Positions 13,050-22,981 of a DNA stretch of 64,000 nucleotides are shown here, one piece after another. The notes under the pieces were generated by a model that ran no database searches, was not told the DNA's origin, and worked only from the letters and a program-made list of their open reading frames with translations. The DNA comes from Trichodelitschia bisporula (lineage: Eukaryota): contig ML996690.1 in NCBI GenBank assembly GCA_010356995.1, positions 685,420-749,419 on the forward strand. The letters are read 5' to 3'. The number at the start of each line of letters is the position of its first letter. Within the stretch, counting starts at the first letter, position 1. A program made the translations under genes and the position numbers.

Positions 13050-13579
13050 ATGCAGAGTTGTGTTGATCCAGGTTGAATTCCATGAGAGACGTACTCGTAG
13101 TAGGAGGTGATAAAGTCCCCAAAGACCTGATGCCCGAGGTTCCTCCTGGCCACCTTCATCGTGCTACCAGTTCAGCAGTGAGGAAACACTTTTCCTAGGC
13201 AGTTTCATCCCCAGGACCGAGGCCCCCGAGGTGGAGGTTGGGGGATGATAGAGTCCAGAGCAACGTATCAACCGAAGCTTCAAGGCGCTTGTGTTCCCAA
13301 CGCTGTCTAAATGCTGTGACATCGAAGGTCCGTACAGATGTAAACGAACGTGATGTTGCACAGAAAGACGCCCTTCTGCAGCCGCTATCGCGCTCGACTA
13401 AGCGTGGTGTGCAACCACACTGCAGCCAGGGTGCGCTCATGCCTGGATAGGGCTTCTCATCTACGGAGAGCACCGGATATCTCGGTGCGGCAGCAAGTAA
13501 TCAGACATGATCATCATCAAAAAGAAGATCCACAGCAACACAAACTCTTCCTCAACAGCCCGCGCAAGGCGAACACATC

Positions 13580-13725
13580 GATGAAAAGAAAGTAGACCAT
13601 CAAAAATTAAGCCAGTGAGGCCCCCGAAGGAGACTCATACCAACACCTCTCCACGCTGTGCAATGCAGGAGGTCCTGGCAGGCTTCCGCATTCTTGAGCG
13701 CAGTTAGCCCCAACAAGGTAAGTAT
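13580..13725 (-). ncRNA. U1: U1 spliceosomal snRNA
   Basis: Minus strand begins ATACTTACCT (5' splice-site pairing sequence). It has SL1 with a TCAAGAA loop, SL2 with the ATTGCAC U1A loop, SL3 TCTCC-TTCG-GGGG and Sm site AATTTTTG. The 3' end is approximate. Confidence 0.92.
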
Positions 13726-13766
13726 GAAGAAAAGAAGAAGAGGAGGAGAAGGCGGGGAGAGGGCGG

Positions 13767-13774
13767 TATTTATA
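13767..13774 (-). promoter_or_regulatory. TATA box of the U1 snRNA gene
   Basis: TATAAATA on the minus strand about 42 nt upstream of the U1 5' end, followed by a pyrimidine-rich spacer. Confidence 0.65.
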
Positions 13775-14406
13775 ACCCCTGAGGAGGCTGGGGCTTGGCG
13801 GTCAATGAAAGAGTTTCTCCGGCTCCGGGAAACACCGATGTTTGGGGGCGCGGGAAGGTGCAAAGGTGCGTCGGAGACAGCCTCCTTCCTCAAGGGCCAA
13901 TAAAAAAGTCATGTCACTCCCCGCGACTAGACCTCAGCCAAACGTTGGTGGGGGGGACATGACTTTTCCGGGCTGCCTCTGCTCCTGCCTTTCCCTCCTT
14001 GGACGCCGCTCTTGTATTTAACCCAGGAGACTGGGAATTTGTTCTCGTCGACGGGGGGTTCATTTGTTTAGCCCGATCAGTATATCTTAATCCATCTGCT
14101 TCCGCTGCCTCTGACACCCCTAATCATGACGCCATTATCCCTCATAGCAAAGTGACAGTGATGCTTCATATCCCACACCATATGGCAGACGAACATCTCC
14201 ATGACCGTCAAGCGATACGACAGCGGTCCAATACATAAAAATCGGCTTCCGCTCTGTAACCTTTCAATGTTCGCTGACATCTCGGCCGTTCAGCCCAGTG
14301 GCCTCGTCCCGCCCTCCCCCCGTTACTCGTAAATCTAGTACCAATCCCTCTCCAGCACTGCAAGCCCAGACTTCATTTGCATTTTGTTTCCCTCTAGCAT
14401 CAAATA

Positions 14407-14494
14407 GCCTGGGTAGCTCAATCGGTAGAGCGTGTGACTCTTATTCCCCCAAGAATAAATCTCAAGGTCGCGGGTTCGAGCCCCGCCTCGGGCT
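14407..14494 (+). tRNA. tRNA-Lys(CTT) with 15-nt intron (14444-14458)
   Basis: Acceptor GCCTGGG/CTCGGGC, D arm TAGCTCAATCGGTAGAGC, anticodon CTT at 14440-14442, T loop GTTCGAG, downstream T-runs as Pol III terminator. Confidence 0.93.
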
Positions 14495-14726
14495 GCACAT
14501 TTTATCTTTTTTGGTCCCTTGAACGGGACCAAATTCTTTTGGCACCGGCAAGGCTATACGCCGGGAAAGTGCAATCCCGGTTGGGCCGGAGCTTGGCGGG
14601 CATAAAGCTTGGCATGGCGGGGCAGCGGGCTGGACTCCGTACCGGTACCTCCTCCGGAGCTCTATCAAAAGCAACCTCCCGCCTTGCCTTACCCGCACGT
14701 AAATACCCCGATATACATCACCTGGC

Positions 14727-15251
14727 ATGTCCACCTCACCACCCTCCGACCCGTTCCACACCTGCTGGGCCCTCCAATCCTGCACCTCCTGCCTCGCCCA
14801 CGCCGCCTGCGGCTGGTGTCCCTACGTCCGTCCCCCCACCCTACGAACCCCACCCCTAACCCACCCGTAGTCCTCAACCTGCGTCCCTCTCCCGTCCTCC
14901 TCCCTCCCCCCCCTCCTCCTCCCTCTCAGCAAGGCACACATCTGCCCCCTCCCCTGGCAGGAGCGCTACGAGCTGCGCACCGCCCCGCTGGGCTGCGGAT
15001 GTAGCACGACGAGTCTGCTGGTCGGACTGGGGGCTGTGGGGGGGACTTTGGTTGCGTTGCTGGTGGGATGGTTGTTAGTCTGGGTGCTGGGCTGGATATA
15101 CGCGGCGGAGCGTGCGGAGAGGGGCGGGTGGGTGCTCCACGAGGGTCCACGAGGGGAGCGGTGGGGGCATACCTGGACGCGACCACGTAGGACGTGGTGG
15201 ACGGGCTGGCGACGACGCGAAGACGGAGAGTCAGCAGCACTACTCGCCTGA
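14727..15251 (+). CDS. Small Cys-rich (PSI-like) single-pass membrane protein
   Basis: Spliced product MSTSPPSDPFHTCWALQSCTSCLAHAACGWCPY|SSTCVP...ICP..QERYELRTAPLGCGCST followed by a hydrophobic helix; intron 14826-14870. Confidence 0.75.
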
Positions 15252-15297
15252 CACCCACATGCAATTATGGTATCTAGAAGCCACCCCTATCGCTGCG

Positions 15298-16914
15298 TTA
15301 ATCAACCCGATCCTTCCCCCCCTCACTCCCTTCCTCGCCCTGCACCTCATGCACCCGCATATCAAACCCCACCCAGAACCCCTTCCCGCGCCACACAACC
15401 GTCGCGCCACCCAGCACCGCCCATGCCCAAACAGGCCACGCAAGCGCCTCGCGTCCCATCCATGCCAGCAACCACTCCGGGAACTTCCGTCTCCGCCCCC
15501 TCGCCCGCGCAAACGCAGGTGTATCAGAATCAGCATCAATCGCGCGGAACGACTGCAGGACGTTGAACAGCACCCAGTCGGCGGCCGCCCAGATACTTGT
15601 AGCCATGAGCCAGATACCGACGAACGCGAGCCAGGTCCGCGGTATCCACGCCACGAAGAAGGGTAGAGAGGTGGCGGCCCACGCGAGATACGCGCTGCAC
15701 ACGAAGCACTCGGTCCCAGGCTCGACGACCGTGGCGAGCAGGACAGTGTACTTCCGGACACGCAGCCAGCGCACGCGGCGCGCGACGTAATCAGCCACAC
15801 TCATGCGCGCCATGGGCTGCACGGCCAGATCGCCCCAGACCAGCGCATGATTGCCCCAGGGGCGCTTGTCGGCCTGGGCAGCAGCGACGGAGGCCGGGAC
15901 CGGACGCCGCCAGAGCAGGTCCCCGATCAGGTGATCCTCGCAGATATTGTGCGCGAAGAAATCGATCCCCGCGCCGTCGGTCAGCGCATCCAGGTGGCTG
16001 CGCCGGAACATGTTGCTCTTGCCGACGATGCAGGGCGCGAGGAGGACGGTATTGATCGCGGTGTAGAACTTGGCGTGCGCGGATGACATGAATGCTTCCT
16101 CGAGGCGGCCGCCGCGAGTAGTCCATAGGCCGTGGTAGGAGGAAGAGAGGACGCGGGGTGTCAGGCTGTGCGTACTTTGCGAGGCAATTTGGATGTCTGG
16201 GTCGGAGAGGAGAGGCACAACAGCCGAGTCCGCGTCGCCGTGCGGGACGGGGGCGACGGGTAGGTCTTCCATGTCCACGACGATGGGGAGCTGGTGCACG
16301 AATTTATTCGGCGGGGCGGCGGGCGTGCCGAGGAGCGTCTCGACCATGCGGCCACACACGCCCTTGCCCACCCACACGTTGCAATCTATGATCCAGACAA
16401 TATTCCCAGCTGCCTCGCGGTACGCGCGGCTCATAGTGCGGATTTTGGGGTTCGGGCCCGGGGAGTGTGTTGCCAGGCGCGGGTCTTCGGCTTCGATGTA
16501 GATGCGGGCGTTTGCTTCTGGAAAGTCGGACAGGAGCTGCTCTAGCACCGTGAGGGCGGGGTCATGCCGGTCGGCGAGGCAGAGTGAGATGATGAGTTTG
16601 GTGGCCGGGTAATTCTGCTGGAAGGTGGAGGCGAGACAGTCGTACAGGCCCGGGTCTAAGCCTTTGATCGGCCGGATTATGGTTACGGGAGGGGCATTGG
16701 GGGAGGTGGAGAGGGGAGAGGGCCGGCGCGGCGCGGAGTAGTGTCTATAGCTAGAAGAATATCAGCTTTACTGTGACTAAAGGGTTTGCGAGCTTGAGAG
16801 TGGAGCGGGGGAGAGGTAGGAGAGTGCTTACAGCTGCACGAAGCCAGTCAGCGCGACGAGCGCGACGAAGAGGCCCCAGATGAGGCAGACGTAAGCCACA
16901 ATCTGGTCAATCAT
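15298..16914 (-). CDS. GCS1: Ceramide glucosyltransferase (GT21; GCS1/HSX11-like)
   Basis: N-terminal TM; RPIKGLD, GPNPKI, WIIDCNV, GKSNMFRRS, ICEDHLIG and RRVRWLRVRK motifs; intron 16751-16831. Confidence 0.92.
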
Positions 16915-17492
16915 ATTGGCTGTCGTATGATCATAGTTGTATGCGTGCACTAAGGACAAACCAATGGGAGAGAAAGAGGGGGTGGGAGGGAGTGAGCGTG
17001 GTGACGATTTGAGGGAGCTTCAATGCAAACGCAGGAGAAAAGAAGGAAGAGGCTCAGGTGCGGAGGACGAGCGGAGGCGGAGAGCGGCGGATGTGAGTGG
17101 AAAACACGAATCCTAGAATTAAGGTTAGTCAGTGCAGCTGGCTGGCGGGTGGCCTGGAGCGCCATTGTCGATCTCGTATGGAGTGAGGAGAATGTCGTGA
17201 AGCATAACCGATTTACTGTTTGGCAACGAAAGACAAAAGGACGTCGTCTGAGGGTTTGATTGAGCTTGACATTCCTAGTGCAGCTCAAGCTTCCGCCCAA
17301 GAGGGTGGGATGATGAAAGCAAGACGTGCAGGGTAGTTCTAGAGATCCACCACATCCACCACAGATAGCAACATCACCAGCATCACACCCCACCATCAAA
17401 GTACTGTACTCCATCCATCTTCCGTAGCTCGTTATTCATGCCCCAAAATATATACAAGAAGCAGCCAAACCGCCTTCATCGCTTCATCAGCA

Positions 17493-19045
17493 TCATCTCC
17501 GGCTATGCGTTGTGAAGTCCGAATCCGACGACCCCTTCCGCAGCTTCTCTGCGCCAACATCGCGCATCTCAACATCTTGCCCGCCTCTCCTCCTACCAAT
17601 CCCCAAGAATCCCCTTCGCGGTTTCTCCCCGCCGCCCACAGCCATCCACTCCGTCTCCGCGCGCTTCCTCGCCTTCTCCCTCCTCCAAACCACACACACC
17701 GCCAGCACCGCCAGCACCAACGCAATGCCTCCAATCACACCCCCAATCACCGCCCCTATCATCCCAGTCGCCACAAACCGCGAAATCCCCGTCCGGTAAC
17801 CATACGGCACAGGCACGCTATTCGGACAAAACGTCCGCGGCATCACGTACTTCCCATGCGGCAGCGCCTGCGCAAGGTGGAACTGCGCGCCTTCGAAATC
17901 GAGCATGAGGTACACCTCGCTCAGCCACGCCGTCGACAGGTAATACGGGCCAGTGTAGTTTGCGTTCTGGGCCTGCTCAACGGGGGACAGGTTGGACGCA
18001 TTCCGCACCACGTCCGCGGGCAACGTCACGCTGAACCCGTCGCTCAGCCGGATGGTCATGCTCCCATTGAACGGCTTCTGAAGCATGAGACTCCCGTCCG
18101 ACTCGCCCGATGCCTCGCCCTCAAGTAGATCCGCGAAGTTGCGCGTCACGCCTGCCGGCAGTCGCATCGGGTACTGGTCCGTGGTGATGCGTGCCTCGAA
18201 TGGAACGCCGCCATTCATGATGCTCCGCTTCCCCAGGCCGTGCGCCGCGTCTTCGAGCACGATGTCCGCGACTGTGACGGGGAGGTAGTCCGCGCTCTTC
18301 AGGTCCATGGGGTATGTGTGCACTGGCCCTTTGAAGCGGCCCGAGTCGTATCCGCCGAAAACGTTGGACCCGTTCACTGTCCCGCCTGCCCGGTCCATTC
18401 CTGACCCGATGTACAGGCTATATGTGCGGCCAGCGATGAGCCCGAGCTGGTAGAGACGCGCGAGCAGCGTTGATTGGCTGCCTATGCCGACGATGCCTGG
18501 GCGTGAAGACCCGGAGTTGACGAGCGAGGTCGTGAAGTTCTCCAGGCTTGTCTGCCATGCCGGCGAGGGATCGAAATAGTGTGTGTACAGGTGGAGCGTA
18601 TCCGTGCCGTAAAGCGCATCGCGGCGCGCATCTCTCGGCCGGTAATCCTCATCCGTCTTCCAACTATACCCATCAGCCTCGCCATCAAGCACCCAAACTC
18701 GGGGCACACTTACGTCGTCGAAAGATTCCCATCCACATTCCCCCCCTCCACCCTCTCACAATCCGCCACCGCACTCCTCTCACAGAAACTCCGCGCCGCA
18801 AAACTCGTCTCGTTCTGGCTCAAACTCGGCCAGAGACTCTGATTCTGCGCCGGCGAGCCCAAGCCTATAAAACTGCCATACAGGAACTCCGCCTTCGGCG
18901 ACGTGACTCGGCTGTGGATGTCGACGTAGATAGGCGGCTGCGAGCAGTTGAACCCCGCGACAGGGCGTGCAAGGCTGAGTAGTGCGGCCGCGGCGGTGGT
19001 GAGCCTGAGCGCGCTGCTGCGGGACCTAGGTCGAGGGGACGCCAT
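17493..19045 (-). CDS. Pepsin-like (A1) aspartic protease homolog with signal peptide and C-terminal TM helix; catalytic motifs absent
   Basis: Signal peptide; IGLGSPAQ, GIVGIG, YSLYIG, VFGGYDSGRF and YLMLDFE..FHLAQ fold motifs; TM IGAVIGGVIGGIALVL; intron 18664-18713. Confidence 0.8.
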
Positions 19046-19893
19046 CGTGCTAGCTTCGTCGATGTGGGCCCGTGGTAAAGTGTGTAAGATCCGTCTCGCG
19101 GGCTGGGACAGAGGGCCGAATATCTACCCCACAGCCTAGCAGCACAAACACAGTCAGCCCGATCCGCGGGCGCCCGGGCACACGTAGTATATACGATCAT
19201 CCTCGCCACGCCCGCAGCCAAGTCGCCGCAACCGCCGCGCATACAAGCCAATCTCGCGCTCCCGCGGGCCCCCAAGCAAAACGCGCAGAAGATCGTGTGC
19301 AGACCCCGCGTCCGCACGCCCACGTAGCCCCAGGCAAGCCCCATGGCAAAATCGCCAGCCTAGCGCGCCCCACAGGGCTATTTCCGTCGAAACATGCACC
19401 GGGCTGGCCAATCAGGGTGCCCAGTCACGGCGCCACTCCCGCTTGCGGGTGCGGCTCGGGCGGACTAGGCGGGGGTGGGGATATGCCCTTAATATAGCAA
19501 GAGCTAGTGTGTGGGTTGGCTTTGTGGGCTAATTTGCGGGCTAATTTGTGCGCCGGTGAAGGTTAATTTGTGGGACTTGGAGGGGGGGGGTGTTGGTGCG
19601 GTTTTTGGCTTGATTGGGCGACTTTGGGAGATTTCGACGGTGAGCTCAACGGGTCCGGTGACGAGGGTTTTCCGTGGTGGGAAACGGCGGGGGCACGCAG
19701 TGGAAAGGTCAATTGGATACGCGAACTGTTTCCTCGCTTTAGATCAACTGGTCCCGCGATGATGATATCACTGCAACGAGCCATACTGTGGATACATGCC
19801 TAAAGCTTGTCAGCGGATACACATAAATGCTGGGAGTCCATAGAGCTCACAAGTTTGTCAAATCTCTTTGCCATACAAGCTAATATCGTCCTC

Positions 19894-20922
19894 CTAGCTG
19901 ATGTCCCATCGCCTAATCACCCCGGGGTCGGATAGAGACAGTAACTGCCTGCCGTCCGACGTGAAAGATACGGCCCGGACTATATCCGAATAGTTCTCGA
20001 ACGTCCGTAGTACTCTCCCCGAGCCGGGGTCCCATAGCTTGACCGTTCCATCAAACGATGCCGACGCCAGCTGCTTGCCGTCCGGCGAAAAGGTTATGAA
20101 CCAGCCTGAATGGCCCGCGAGCGTCCGTATCAGCGTTCCCGAGCTAGCGTCCCATAGCTTAACCGTTCTATCGGTCGATCCCGATGCCAGCAGCTTGCCG
20201 TCCGGCGAGTAGGCTACGTCCCGGACCAGATCCAAATGGCCCTTGAGTATCCATGGCGCCTGATTCCGTGGAGCCTGTTCCGAGCCGGTGTCGAATAGCT
20301 TAATCGTCCCGGGGTCTGATCCCGCCGCCAGCTGCTTGCCGTCCGGTGAGCAGGCTATGGTCTGGATAGCGGTCGATTGGTCCTTGAACGCGTGCAGCGC
20401 CTTTCCCGAATCGGCTTGCCAGAGCCTAACTGATCTATCGCCCGGTCCTGCCCCGGTCGCTAAATACTTGCCGTCCAGCGAGAAGGCGGCGGCTGTGGGC
20501 TTATTATCATGGCCCCTGAGCCAGCGTATCTGCTTTTCCGAGGCCGTGCTCCATAGGATGACTGGTCCATCATACACTGCTGGCGCCAGATACTTCTCGT
20601 TCGGTGAATACACTACGGGTGGGACGTGACCAACGACACCCAACCTAGGACTGATCTTCCCTTCCGCCTGTCCTGAGTGGGCATCCCACAGCCAAACACT
20701 TCCACTCAGATTTATCGTCGCTAGTCTCTTGCCGCTCGGCGAGAAGGCTGCCCTCTCATCTCGCCAAAAGAACTCGTCCTTGACCTGTAGCTTCACTTCG
20801 GAACCGCCGTCCGCCAGCCGAGCCGTTTCATCGCCTGAGACTGTCCGCAGTTCATTGTCGTCTAGCAGCAAGGCTGAGGGTACGGAGGTGATGTCATCCG
20901 GATCGCCCAGCGCGTTGGCCAT
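19894..20922 (-). CDS. Stand-alone WD40-repeat protein (HET-E/NWD-type repeats), copy 1
   Basis: Intronless ORF with repeated GH...AFSPDGK.LASGS.D.TVKLWD units; likely start MANALGDPDD at 20922. Confidence 0.85.
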   Translation of the reverse strand: MANALGDPDDITSVPSALLLDDNELRTVSGDETARLADGGSEVKLQVKDEFFWRDERAAFSPSGKRLATINLSGSVWLWDAHSGQAEGKISPRLGVVGHVPPVVYSPNEKYLAPAVYDGPVILWSTASEKQIRWLRGHDNKPTAAAFSLDGKYLATGAGPGDRSVRLWQADSGKALHAFKDQSTAIQTIACSPDGKQLAAGSDPGTIKLFDTGSEQAPRNQAPWILKGHLDLVRDVAYSPDGKLLASGSTDRTVKLWDASSGTLIRTLAGHSGWFITFSPDGKQLASASFDGTVKLWDPGSGRVLRTFENYSDIVRAVSFTSDGRQLLSLSDPGVIRRWDIS

Positions 20923-21315
20923 TTTGTTTGTGCGTAGGCATATGCGCCTTAGAGCCGGCTGAATGGATGTACAAGATGGTGGTCGTGGTGGTCGTGGTGA
21001 TAGTTCGCGGATGAGGGGTGCACGGGGTATGTGTCCCACAAGGATGGGAGCTTGAGTTGGCCCGTCCATCCAAGCTGAGGCTCAGGCTACTGCGCATCGC
21101 CTCACCAGGGCTTACCATACACACTGGAAAGGACAAAGTGTCACACATGCGTGGTAAACCGCCGTTTTTAGACCGTAGACCGACAGGTCTGCGACAACGA
21201 TCCGATCACACGAGCGAGAGACATGCATAGACACGGGGTGGGGATACACTAGATCTTAGGAGTGCGCCTAACAAGTGTGTCAAATATTTCACCCTTATTG
21301 CAAGTTGATGTCGTC

Positions 21316-22146
21316 TCAGCCGACGGGCCATCGCTTGATCTCTCCACCCCCAGATACCGACATTACCTGCTTGCCGTCTTGCGAGAAGACTACGGACTGG
21401 GCTTCACCTGAATCGAACTCGAACGTCTGTAGCGTATTTCCGGAGCCCGCGTCCCATAGCCTAACTGTTCCATCAAACGATGCCGACGCCAGCTGCTTGC
21501 CATCCGGCGAGAAGTCTATGGTAGTGATACTACCCGAATGGCCCATGAGTTTCCATAGCTTCTTTCCCGAGCTAGCGTCCCACAGCCTAACTGTGTCATT
21601 AGATGATCCCGACGCTAGCTGTTTACCGTTCGGCGAGAAGGCTACTGTCCGGATTGTATCCAAATCACCCTTGATCTTCCGCAGCGTCTTTCCCGAGTCC
21701 AGGTCCCATAGCCTTATCGTTTCATCGAACGATCCCGACGCTAGCGGCCTGCCGTCCGGCGAGAAGGCTACGCCCCAGACCCCAATCGAATGGCCCGCGA
21801 GCGCCTGCAGCGCTTTTCCCGAGCCGGCATCCCATAGCCTAACCGTGTCATCGTACGATCCCGACGCCAGATACTTGCCGTCCGGCGAGAAGGTTAGGCC
21901 ACAGACTCCATTCGAATGGCCATAAAGCGTCTACAGTAACCTGCCGGAACCGGCGTCTCATAGTCTGATCACTCCACCGAAGTCTCCCGACGCTAGATGC
22001 TTGCCGTCCGGCGAGAAGGCTGCATACAAGATTCTCGGATCGCCCTCATACAGCTGCAGCTTCACTGAGGCGCCGCCGGCCGGCAGCAACGTTGTATCGT
22101 CTCGTACGGAGCTGATTTCATCCAGATCGCCCAAATTGTAGACCAT
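21316..22146 (-). pseudogene. WD40-repeat paralog, copy 2, with two in-frame stops
   Basis: MVYNLGDLDEISSV... is homologous to the start of copy 1. The frame is continuous apart from TGA at 21958-21960 (the W of a WD) and TAG at 21931-21933. Repeat period is 126 nt. Confidence 0.82.
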
Positions 22147-22981
22147 TTTGTTTTCGTGTAGGTATTGGCTTCCCAGACACGGCTGAATGGTTGTCCAAGG
22201 AGTAGTAGGAGGAGGAGGAGCAGGCGGGCAGGGGGAGGATGAGGAGGATGGTGAAGTGCTGGTAAGGATGGGAGCTTCAGAATAGTTCAATGGTGAGGTG
22301 TGGGTAGAGTATGTGTCCAAGGTGGTCGTGGTGGTGAAAACTTGAGAATGGTTCCCGGCAAGGCGTGCGCGGGGTAATTGTCCGCAAGGGCGGAAGTTAC
22401 GATTCTGTGGTAGCTGAACCCTATCTTCGCTGGGGATTGGGCTACGGCACCATACTGCCTACCGTGCCTACGTCGCACCTTACCGGAGCTTGATTGCGCG
22501 CGAGGCCACCAGCCAAGGACTTCACTTTCGGGCTGCAAGGCCTTACTACGTGCATATGCATTCAAAGACTGGGAATCATTAGATGCACTCCAACCCCTGA
22601 AAAGACGTGGTACGCACCTTGCATACATATCCCCCAATCAGTCACGGGCGAGCACGGTGTGATTGGTATGAGGCTGCGTGTGTGTGTCGTTCAGCCGAGG
22701 ACACGGTTTTAGCAGTGCCATTGGCGCATTCAGGACAATGTCGTGCGGTAGATACTTTTGCACGGATACGCAGGATAAGATAGTGTTTGACTATCCTCGA
22801 GTACCCCACCGCGCTAGCATCATCCATCCGTGAGAAGCAGCACACAACAAACCAACCGCATATGAAATGCCCAGCCATGTACATCCGTACAGTAACATGG
22901 CACCTGAACCCCAGAGCCGTCTATTTGCCAAGCATGAAAAGGCTCAAGCAGCACCACGTAACCAGCGTAACTACGCCCCGA

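Noticed and set aside
14434..15004. Pro-rich ORFs 14434-14859 and 14609-15004, and a suspected frameshift in the PSI-like gene
   Set aside because: They are off-frame shadows; the spliced 14727-15251 model is intact on recount.
11331..19045. Glycolipid biosynthetic cluster (GT34 + ceramide glucosyltransferase + neighbours)
   Set aside because: The genes are separated by unrelated U1, tRNA and membrane-protein genes, and no other sphingolipid enzymes are present.
19520..19575. Three GCTAATTTG-like motifs upstream of the aspartic protease homolog
   Set aside because: Short and degenerate; no factor can be assigned.
21275..21925. Plus-strand repeat ORFs opposite the WD40 genes (also 20288-20629)
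   Set aside because: Antisense shadows of the WD repeats.
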